Origin: a virus
Lineage: Duplodnaviria > Caudoviricetes
IMG/VR virus record: IMGVR_UViG_3300036987_000420
Coordinates: 9,577-73,576 of that record
Strand: one strand, 5' to 3'
DNA length: 64,000 bases
Shown here: one piece after another, positions 27,799 to 35,490 of the stretch
Layout: each line of letters begins with the position of its first letter
Numbering within the stretch: the first letter of the stretch is position 1
The notes under the pieces: generated by a model
Database searches by the model: none
Told to the model about the DNA's origin: nothing
What the model saw: only the letters and a program-made list of their open reading frames with translations
Program-made: the position numbers and the translations under genes

Positions 27799-28431
27799 AT
27801 GCCACTCAAGCTGTCCGACCACAAGGAACGCCTGGGCGACGCCTACGAGACCTTCAAGGCAGAGATGAAGGCGCTCGAGGACCGCATCAAGGCGGCCGAG
27901 ACCGAGCGCGACACCTTCAAGACGCAGGCCACCGAGGCATCGACGAAGGTGACCGACCTGGAGAAGAAGCTCGGCGCCGTCGACAAGACCGTCGACGAGC
28001 GCGTCCGGGCCGCCGAGGCGGAGCGCGACACCTTCAAGGCGCAGGCCGAGCAGATGAGGGGCCAGCACGAGGCGCTCACGAGGGACTTCGACGGCCACAA
28101 GCTGGACGTCGACATCTGGGAGACGGCCCGCGAGAAGGGCCTCCGCCGCCGCGCCTTCCTCTCGCACCTCGACCGCGCCAGCGTGAAGCGCGGCGCCGAC
28201 GGCAAGCTGGAGGGCGTCGACGACGCGCTGGAGGCGCTCAAGGCCTCCATGCCGGAGACGTTCGGCGAGGCCGCCCCGCCCGCCGTCCCGCCCGTCACCG
28301 ACCACGGCAGGGGCGTCAAGCCCCCCGCCACGCCGCCGGGCGCGGGCGGCGCCGAGGACATCCGGAGCATCGTCGCGAAGGGCCTCCAGGCCACCGGGGC
28401 CGTCCCGGCCGCGCCCGCCACGACGCACTGA
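27799..28431 (+). CDS. Head scaffolding protein
   Basis: Coiled coil, then LDRASVKRGADGKLEGVDDALEALKASMPETF (gp11/GP20-like). Confidence 0.8.
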   Translation: MPLKLSDHKERLGDAYETFKAEMKALEDRIKAAETERDTFKTQATEASTKVTDLEKKLGAVDKTVDERVRAAEAERDTFKAQAEQMRGQHEALTRDFDGHKLDVDIWETAREKGLRRRAFLSHLDRASVKRGADGKLEGVDDALEALKASMPETFGEAAPPAVPPVTDHGRGVKPPATPPGAGGAEDIRSIVAKGLQATGAVPAAPATTH

Positions 28432-28553
28432 GCCGACACCGACGCAGACACGCCGGCCCGTCCGGCTGAGCCGCAGACACGCCGCACGCCGCGGGGCGCG
28501 CGGGGACGCACACATCCGCTCGGGCCAGTAGCCCGGCAGGGGAGGGCATCGCC

Positions 28554-29192
28554 ATGACCATGGGCGCAGGCCAGGGGCCGTTCGTCATCAACCACGGGAT
28601 CGAGTCGGACGTCGTGTGGCGCCTCAACGACCACGGCGAGCTCGCCGCGGCGCGCCCCATCATGGTCGCGTCGGGCAACGGCACGACCCCGTTCGGCAAG
28701 ATCGCCGGCGGCACCATCATGGGCAAGATGTCCTCGGGCACGAAGAGCGGCATGTACCGCCCGTGCTTCAAGGGCCTCGTCAACGGCAACCAGGCGGCGG
28801 TCAACGAGGTCCTGCTCGTCGCCGGCCAGGCCGCGAACGCCTACGTGGGCGACGTCGTCAAGGTCGTCCGGCCCTCGACCGGCGCCGTCGTCGCGAGCAC
28901 CCGGACGCTCTCCGTGGTCAACAAGACCACCCACAAGGTCACGCTCAGCGGCGCCGCCATCACCTTCGAGGACGGCGACCTCGTCATGCTCGAGAACGGC
29001 GCCGGGACGGCCAAGGCCGCGACGGACCGCGCCATCGTGACCACGTACCAGAACAAGGTCACGGGGCTCATCGCCGAGCAGGACCAGGGGCCCTGCAAGC
29101 TGTGGCCGGTGGCCATGGTCAAGGCGTCGAGCCTCCTGACCGGCTGGAACGCCTACGTGGCGGCCGACCTGCCCGGCTTCATCGTCGACTGA
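28554..29192 (+). CDS. Head decoration protein
   Basis: Between scaffold and MCP; IAGGTIMGK...GMYRPC motif. Confidence 0.7.
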   Translation: MTMGAGQGPFVINHGIESDVVWRLNDHGELAAARPIMVASGNGTTPFGKIAGGTIMGKMSSGTKSGMYRPCFKGLVNGNQAAVNEVLLVAGQAANAYVGDVVKVVRPSTGAVVASTRTLSVVNKTTHKVTLSGAAITFEDGDLVMLENGAGTAKAATDRAIVTTYQNKVTGLIAEQDQGPCKLWPVAMVKASSLLTGWNAYVAADLPGFIVD

Positions 29193-29305
29193 CCGCGCCC
29201 GGCGGCGCCCGCTCGTCATCGGCGCCGCGCCGCCGGCCGGTTCGCACTCGCATCGCATCGTCCCATGCTCGCGGGCGTTCCGACCCGCACACAGGAGGGG
29301 TCCAG

Positions 29306-30334
29306 ATGGCCTTCACGCTGCTCGCTCGCGAGACGCTCCGCGAGAACTTCGTCCAGATGCTCGTCGACACCGACGAGTTCCCGCTGTTCCCGCTGTTCGG
29401 CATCACGGCGCCCCCCGGCCCGGGCGGCTCGCTGGCGGCGCTGCAGTTCCGCTACGTCGCCGAGGGCGGCAAGCTCAAGATCCGCGTCCACAAGCCGGCG
29501 CAGCAGCTCCTGACCGTCCAGGACATCAACCAGGCGTCGCCGAAGCTCAACCGCGGCACGGTCGCCGAGACCGAGGTCGGCCCGGCGTTCGCGCGCGGCC
29601 ACATCGTGCTGACCGAGGCCGAGGCGTCGCTCTCCGAGATCGTCGCCGGAGCGGCGACCCCGGCGCAGTGGGCCGAGCTGCAGCGCCTGCTCTCCGAGGG
29701 CGACATCCGCGACGCGGTCCTCCAGACGCTGCACGCCTGGTGCGTCAACGCGCTGCTCGGCACCGCGACCTACAGCATCGACGGCCTGACGAAGTCGGCG
29801 AGCTGGGGCCTGTCGACCATCCCGCGGCCGACGACGAAGTGGTCGACCCTGGCGACCGCGACGCCGCTGAGCGACATCAAGGCCGCGAAGACCGTCTTCA
29901 ACCAGACGAACGGCGCGGACGCCGACCCCGACACGATCGTCTTCAGCCCGACGGCCTGGGACTGGGTCGACGGCGCGACCGACACGATCACCCAGCGCAA
30001 GTACGTCGAGGTCCTCCAGAAGGCGAGCCTCGAGGGCAAGCCGTACGACCTCATGGGCCTGCGCTGGCTGGCCGTGAAGGGCCGCTACGCCGGCGCCGAC
30101 CGCTGGCCGGCGAACCAGGTCGTGCTCGCCCGCTTCGGGAACCCGCTCGCCGGCGGCACGCCCACGGTGAAGTTCGAGACCTGCAAGCTCCGCGAGAACC
30201 AGTTCGCCGGCGGCGCCGCGGTCTACACCGAGGAGCAGAAGGACCCCGACCAGGTCAAGCTCATCAGCTCGCTGAACGGCGTCGCGGAGATCGTCCGCCC
30301 GTCGTTCGTGCAGACCTGGGAGATCAACTGGTAG
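29306..30334 (+). CDS. Major capsid protein (lambda E-like)
   Basis: 342 aa, AGGAGG RBS, W..LATATPLSDI motif, position. Confidence 0.85.
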   Translation: MAFTLLARETLRENFVQMLVDTDEFPLFPLFGITAPPGPGGSLAALQFRYVAEGGKLKIRVHKPAQQLLTVQDINQASPKLNRGTVAETEVGPAFARGHIVLTEAEASLSEIVAGAATPAQWAELQRLLSEGDIRDAVLQTLHAWCVNALLGTATYSIDGLTKSASWGLSTIPRPTTKWSTLATATPLSDIKAAKTVFNQTNGADADPDTIVFSPTAWDWVDGATDTITQRKYVEVLQKASLEGKPYDLMGLRWLAVKGRYAGADRWPANQVVLARFGNPLAGGTPTVKFETCKLRENQFAGGAAVYTEEQKDPDQVKLISSLNGVAEIVRPSFVQTWEINW

Positions 30335-30462
30335 TACCGGCCAGGGCCGGCGCCAGGGCTGCGGCCCGACGCCGGCCCGACCGGCTACCAGCGTCCCCCT
30401 GACCGCCACGTCCATCCCGCCTGCGCGTCCCTGCGACGCCGGCGGCGGAACCAGGAGCCATC

Positions 30463-30747
30463 ATGGCCGCACAGAAGCCGCCGGCGTTCGTCCGCTTCCT
30501 CGGCAACCACCCGCTCGGGCACATCCGGAGCGGCGACGTCTGCCGCAACCCGGACCCGAAGCACCTCGACGGGACGGTCGGCTTCGTCGTCATCGACGAG
30601 GCCGAGTTCCGTCGCTTCACGTTCATGACCTTCGACGCCACGCACCTCTCGCTGAAGCCGGAGCCCGAGAAGGCCCCGCCGGCGAAGGTGAAGAAGAACG
30701 CCGCGGACGCCGCCGACAGGCGGGACGACCCGGCCGCCGAGGGCTGA
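30463..30747 (+). CDS. Small post-capsid structural protein
   Basis: AGGAG RBS; position. Confidence 0.65.
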   Translation: MAAQKPPAFVRFLGNHPLGHIRSGDVCRNPDPKHLDGTVGFVVIDEAEFRRFTFMTFDATHLSLKPEPEKAPPAKVKKNAADAADRRDDPAAEG

Positions 30748-30788
30748 GCGCCTCGGCCCGCGCGTCCGCCGCCAGCCGGAGGTGACCC

Positions 30789-31022
30789 GTGCCGTACCCC
30801 GACTACACGACCACCGAGTGCGACGAGGCGATCGTCGCCATCGACGCCGAGATCGCCCGCCTGCGACCGCTGGCGGACGCCTACTCGCTGGGCGGGGGCC
30901 GGCACTTCGCGCAGGGCCAGAAGGTCCAGCGGCTCCAGGCCGAGCGCTCCGAGTGGGTGGCGCGCAAGCTCGCTGCCGAGGGCTCCGGCGCGCCGCTCCA
31001 GTTCGAGTGCGAGCTGACGTGA
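30789..31022 (+). CDS. gpW-like head-tail joining protein
   Basis: 77 aa helix-beta-helix: AIVAIDAEIA...YSLGGGRHF...VQRLQAERSEW. Confidence 0.6.
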   Translation: MPYPDYTTTECDEAIVAIDAEIARLRPLADAYSLGGGRHFAQGQKVQRLQAERSEWVARKLAAEGSGAPLQFECELT

Positions 31023-31024
31023 TC

Positions 31025-31062
31025 GTCTCAATCCCCTTGTCTCAATCCCCTCACGGGCGGGG
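31025..31062 (+). repeat. CRISPR-repeat-like hairpin copy A with tandem 14-nt partial copy
   Basis: GTCTCAATCCCCTT + GTCTCAATCCCC-TCACGGGC-GGGG. Confidence 0.75.
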
Positions 31063-31075
31063 TCCGCAGCGTACC

Positions 31076-31471
31076 ATGATCGACGCCGACGCCTACGCCG
31101 AGCAGGTGGCGATCCACCTCGCGGAGATCCTTCCCGAGGAGCCGAACGCGATCCGCGTGCGCCTGGCGGGCGGCACGCGCAACATCGTCGGCGAGCTCGT
31201 CGGCGCGACCGAGACGCGCCTCGACCTGCGGGTCGACATCCGCCCCTACCGGCGCGCCGAGCGTGGCGCGGCCGGCGAGGCGGAGCGCGGCGACACAGCC
31301 ATCGCGCTCCTGGAGGACGCGCTCGAACCCGGCGACCTGGTCGAGGCCGAGGGGCACCGCTACCGCGTCATCGCGGTGCAGCCCCGCTACCTCGCCGGGC
31401 GCGTCCACTGCTACGACGCGACGGCGGAGCGCCTCGACGTCGAGCGCGGCTCGCCGGTCGTGGACGGGTAG
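31076..31471 (+). CDS. Head-tail adaptor/stopper
   Basis: LEPGDLVEAEGHRYRVIAV motif; position. Confidence 0.7.
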   Translation: MIDADAYAEQVAIHLAEILPEEPNAIRVRLAGGTRNIVGELVGATETRLDLRVDIRPYRRAERGAAGEAERGDTAIALLEDALEPGDLVEAEGHRYRVIAVQPRYLAGRVHCYDATAERLDVERGSPVVDG

Positions 31472-31492
31472 CGCCGCCGGGAAGGCTCCGCC

Positions 31493-32047
31493 GTGCCGAG
31501 CTTCGTCCACAAGGTCACCGCCCAGCAGCGCGCCGAGCAGCTCCGGCAGCACGTGCCGAACGTCATCGCCGCCCAGCGCCGGGCGCTGTGGCGGGCGGCC
31601 GAGAAGCACCGCGGCGAGGCCGCCGGGGCGACGCCGGTCGACCAGGGCACGATGCGCCGCGCCTGGGACGTCCACGACGAACCGAACGCCGTCGTGCTCG
31701 AGAACGACGCGCCGCACGCGGCCATCGTCGAGCTCGGCCGCCGCCCCGGGAAGTGGCCCCCGGGGCAGTACAACCACCAGGCCCTGATGTGCTGGGGCGG
31801 TCCGATCTACGACTGGGTCTGGCGCAAGACCCGCGTCTCGATCCAGGCCGAGCTCGGCCGCGGGAAGCGAGCGACCGGCCAGCGGCGCCTGCGGGTCGCC
31901 CGGCTGGCGTACCTCATCGCGCGGGCCATCGCGATGCGCGGCATCGAGCCGCAGTTCATCGTCGAGCTGCGCCTCATCCCATGGGCGCAGGACGTGCTCC
32001 GGGAGATGGAGCGCGCCTACGCCGAGCTGCTCGGCCGCAGGAGATGA
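31493..32047 (+). CDS. HK97 gp10-like neck protein
   Basis: TPVDQGTMRRAW...NDAPHAAIVELGRRPG. Confidence 0.8.
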   Translation: MPSFVHKVTAQQRAEQLRQHVPNVIAAQRRALWRAAEKHRGEAAGATPVDQGTMRRAWDVHDEPNAVVLENDAPHAAIVELGRRPGKWPPGQYNHQALMCWGGPIYDWVWRKTRVSIQAELGRGKRATGQRRLRVARLAYLIARAIAMRGIEPQFIVELRLIPWAQDVLREMERAYAELLGRRR

Positions 32048-32050
32048 GCC

Positions 32051-32659
32051 GTGGCTGCGACCGACCACCTCTGGGATCACGTGGCCGGCGCGCTCGTCAC
32101 GGGCCTGCGGACCGCGCTCGGACTCGCGGCGGACCGCTGCCACGTCGGCTGGCCGGCGCCCGGGCAGGGCCCCGAGGCCGGCCCGTTGCCGGCGCTGTCG
32201 GTGACGCTCGCCTCCGCCCAGGTCGCGCTGCGGCGCGCCATCCGCGTGGCGAGCGTCGAGGGTGCCGTCCCGGCCGAGGCTGTGGCGACGTACCAGATCG
32301 GCCAGGGGACGGCGACGCTCCAGGTCGACCTGTGGGCGCCCAGCAAGACGGCGCGCCTGGCGCTCGCCGGGGCGGTTCGTGACTACCTGGTCGGTCGGCC
32401 GTCGACGGGGCTGACCGGCCGCATCCTGACGCTCGACCGGCTCTCCGAGCGAGCGCGCTACACGGCCGGCCAGACGACCTACGACGACGACGACGGGGCC
32501 GGGCCGCGGGCCCTGCTGCCCGTCTCCGTCCGGGTCCCGTACCTCGTCCGCGAGACGCTGGCGCGGGCGCAGAAGCTCGTCATCGAGTCGCAGCGTCCGG
32601 CTGGCTCGCCGCCGCTTCCGGGCCTCGGTCCGGAGACGCGGATCATTTTCGCGCCCTGA
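32051..32659 (+). CDS. Tail terminator/completion protein
   Basis: Position before sheath; LQVDLWAPSK motif. Confidence 0.65.
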   Translation: MAATDHLWDHVAGALVTGLRTALGLAADRCHVGWPAPGQGPEAGPLPALSVTLASAQVALRRAIRVASVEGAVPAEAVATYQIGQGTATLQVDLWAPSKTARLALAGAVRDYLVGRPSTGLTGRILTLDRLSERARYTAGQTTYDDDDGAGPRALLPVSVRVPYLVRETLARAQKLVIESQRPAGSPPLPGLGPETRIIFAP

Positions 32660-32699
32660 ACACGCACCGAGGCCCGGAGACGGGCCGCCGGAGGGGACC

Positions 32700-34229
32700 A
32701 TGTCCGAGCCCTACTACAGCAACAACCCCCTCGACTGGACGGCCCTCGACGGGCTCTACATCGACAAGCAGGACCCGCCGCTGCCGCTCACCGCGGGCGG
32801 GGCCGGCGTGGTCGGGTGCGTCGCCGAGCTGCCGTGGGGTCCGGTCGACACGCCGATCCTGATCGGCGCTCCGATCGCGCTCGTGCGCGCCTTCTTCGGC
32901 TACGACACCGACCCCGACTACTACTACGGCGACGGCGGCAGCAAGACCGGCTACAAGGGCTGCATCGGCCTCGCGAAGAAGCGGTGGAGCTCGCGCGGCA
33001 TCTACATCGTGCGCGTCGGCCACTCCGGCCAGGCGGGGGCCGAGAAGAACCTGATGGACGGCGCGACGCCGGCCAAGATCGCGCTCACCATCAAGGCGAA
33101 ATATCCGGGCAAGCTGGGCGACCGCATCCAGTACAAGGTGACCAACAACACGTCGAGCTTCGACCTGGAGGTCCGCTGGGGCGACCGCGCCGAGACCTAC
33201 GTGGGCCTGACGCTCACCACCATGGTCGAGCGCGTCGGCGGCAACTCCGATCTGGTCGTCGTCGCGGCGGGCGAGTCCGGCGCAGCGCTGCCGGTCACGG
33301 TCTCCTCGTGGACGAACCTGGCGGGCGGCTCCGACGGCACGCCGGCCGCGTCCGACTACGCGGGCAGCGACGTGTCGAAGGTCGGATTCCGCACGTTCGC
33401 CGACTACCCCGACGTCGAGCTGATGTTCGCGGCGGAGTTCGAGTCGGACACCCTCGACGCCGCCATGGACGCCTGGCTCCTCGAGCGTGGCTACGGGGTC
33501 TTCTTCGCCGGCTGCGCCATCGGCGACGCGCTCGCCGACGCGAAAGCGAAGCGCGCCGCGCTCATCGCCGCGTCGGATGGCTCGCGGACCCGCATCTGCT
33601 GGCCGGGCCTGCGGGTCACGATGCCGAACGACCGCGTCGTCGACACGATGTCGAGCGGCTGGCAGTGCGCCGCGGCGGCCCAGATCAGCCCGCACCGCGA
33701 CATCGCCGCGGCCGGCACGAAGAGCGCCTACACCGGCTGCATCGCGCTGGAGGACGGCGTCCAGATCACGCGGGCCGACTACATCGACGCGTTGAACCAC
33801 GGCATCGGCGCGATGGAGCAGCTGTCGTCGGGCGGCTTCAAGGCCCGCAGCGGCATCGTCGCGGACTCCGACGGCAGGCTGCTCCTCCAGGTCCGCATGG
33901 CCGACCTCATCCACCGCGCCGAGGCGAAGCGGCTGGAGAGCTACCAGAACGAGCCGATGGACGCGGAGTGGAAGGAGGGGGTCCGGGCGGCCATCTCCGA
34001 CTACCTGAAGTACCTGCAGGACCCGCCGCGCAAGATGCTCAAGGCGTTCAGCGTCGACGACACGTCGCTGAACACGGAGTCCTCCGAGGCGGCCGGCGAG
34101 TGGTACGTCGTGCAGAAGGTCCAGCTCTACCCGCCCGGCCGCTTCATCGTCGTGCGGTCGATGATCGGCACCACGGTCGTCATCACGACCGAGACGTCGG
34201 GCGGGGGCGGGGGCGGCATCTCCGTCTGA
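32700..34229 (+). CDS. Tail sheath protein
   Basis: GVVGCVAELPWGPVDTP, AKYPGKLGDRI, LAGGSDG motifs. Confidence 0.92.
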   Translation: MSEPYYSNNPLDWTALDGLYIDKQDPPLPLTAGGAGVVGCVAELPWGPVDTPILIGAPIALVRAFFGYDTDPDYYYGDGGSKTGYKGCIGLAKKRWSSRGIYIVRVGHSGQAGAEKNLMDGATPAKIALTIKAKYPGKLGDRIQYKVTNNTSSFDLEVRWGDRAETYVGLTLTTMVERVGGNSDLVVVAAGESGAALPVTVSSWTNLAGGSDGTPAASDYAGSDVSKVGFRTFADYPDVELMFAAEFESDTLDAAMDAWLLERGYGVFFAGCAIGDALADAKAKRAALIAASDGSRTRICWPGLRVTMPNDRVVDTMSSGWQCAAAAQISPHRDIAAAGTKSAYTGCIALEDGVQITRADYIDALNHGIGAMEQLSSGGFKARSGIVADSDGRLLLQVRMADLIHRAEAKRLESYQNEPMDAEWKEGVRAAISDYLKYLQDPPRKMLKAFSVDDTSLNTESSEAAGEWYVVQKVQLYPPGRFIVVRSMIGTTVVITTETSGGGGGGISV

Positions 34230-34326
34230 CCGACAGCCCGAGCGCATCGATCGTCCCTGACACGCCGGGAGCGCGGCCTCGTGTCGCGCCACCCCGCAGA
34301 CCACGCAGCAGCACCGGAGGGCTCCG

Positions 34327-34752
34327 ATGGCCGAGGATGTCGTCCTCAGCAGCGACGTGCAGATCCGCGTCTTCAAGGCCGGCGTCCCGATCGGCGCCAT
34401 CGACGCGACGGGCTTCTCCGTCAACCAGCAGGCCGAGGTGCGCACCCGCGCCCTGCTCGGCAGCCGCGAGAAGGACACGTACGTCGTCTACTCGGGGCAC
34501 AGCGGCACGGTGAGCGTCGAGCGGACGAACACCCGCGTCGATGACCTCATCGACAGCCTGGAGACGCAGTTCTTCGACGGCAAGCCGGTCGACGAGATCC
34601 AGATCGCGAAGACCGACGCGTACCCGGACGGCACGCGGCGGACCTACATCTACCAGCGCTGCCGCATCTGGGCGGACGACAGCGGCTCGGGCGACGCGGC
34701 CGCGACCATCACGCTGAACTGGCGCAACGGCAAGCCGCGCGTGAAGGCGTAG
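34327..34752 (+). CDS. Tail tube protein
   Basis: 141 aa beta-rich protein directly after sheath. Confidence 0.8.
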   Translation: MAEDVVLSSDVQIRVFKAGVPIGAIDATGFSVNQQAEVRTRALLGSREKDTYVVYSGHSGTVSVERTNTRVDDLIDSLETQFFDGKPVDEIQIAKTDAYPDGTRRTYIYQRCRIWADDSGSGDAAATITLNWRNGKPRVKA

Positions 34753-34754
34753 AC

Positions 34755-34778
34755 GTCTCAATCCCCTCATCGGCGGGG
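34755..34778 (+). repeat. CRISPR-repeat-like hairpin copy B
   Basis: GTCTCAATCCCC-TCATCGGC-GGGG, 22/24 identical to copy A. Confidence 0.75.
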
Positions 34779-34837
34779 AGCGCCGCCGCCCGGCCGCAGG
34801 GTAGACGACCACGCCAGGTCACGGGAAGCAGGACCCG

Positions 34838-35251
34838 ATGAGCGACGAGATCCTGGTCGAGTACACGACGACGAGCGGCACACGCGCCGTCCTGGCCGAG
34901 CCGGACATGGAGCTGACCGAGCGCGCGATGGCGCTCGTCCCGGCCTCCACGCCGGCGATGAAGGCCGTCACGCTCCAGCGCCGCGAGACGCTGCGGCTGT
35001 GCCTGCGTTCCATCAACGGCCGCAAGGTCACCTATCAGGAGCTGCAGGGCGCCGGGCTACTGAAGGCGTTCCCGGGCGCCCGCGGGCTGCGCGACGTGCA
35101 GCAGCTCGAGGCGGTCCTCGACAAGCTCGGCAACACGAGCCTCGCCGAGGATGCTGCGGTTTTCCGGACGGCCCGCCCCGTCGACGCCGCAACCGGCGTA
35201 CCGGCGGCGGGCCCGGCCGCGGCCGCAGAGGCGGAGGCTCCGGCGGCGTGA
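34838..35251 (+). CDS. Tail assembly chaperone
   Basis: Between tube and tape measure. Confidence 0.7.
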   Translation: MSDEILVEYTTTSGTRAVLAEPDMELTERAMALVPASTPAMKAVTLQRRETLRLCLRSINGRKVTYQELQGAGLLKAFPGARGLRDVQQLEAVLDKLGNTSLAEDAAVFRTARPVDAATGVPAAGPAAAAEAEAPAA

Positions 35252-35463
35252 AGCGCCTCCCGGCGAGCGACATGGGCGAGCTGCGCGAGGACTTCCAGCG
35301 CCGCATCGCCCAGGTCTGTCGCTACGGGTCGCAGCGCCGCGACGACGTGATGCGCTGGTCCTGCCGGGTGTTCCTGTCGTTCTACGAGGCCATCGCCGAG
35401 GTGGTCGAGGACGAGTCGCCAGACCCGACGAGCGGCCCGCAGGGACCCGTCGGGAAGCGCTGA
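35248..35463 (+). CDS. Second tail chaperone ORF (-1 frame; GT-like)
   Basis: GTGA overlap; frame open back to 34999. Confidence 0.6.
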   Translation: MKRLPASDMGELREDFQRRIAQVCRYGSQRRDDVMRWSCRVFLSFYEAIAEVVEDESPDPTSGPQGPVGKR

Positions 35464-35490
35464 CGTGACGGCGCCCGCGGGCGCCGCAGG

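Noticed and set aside
31025-34778. True CRISPR array
   Set aside because: Copies are kilobases apart with genes between them, there is no repeat-spacer periodicity, and no cas genes are in the window.
35150-35170. Programmed -1 frameshift in the tail chaperone at GGTTTTC
   Set aside because: The frames are compatible but the heptamer is not canonical, and the second ORF has its own GTG and RBS; unsupported either way.
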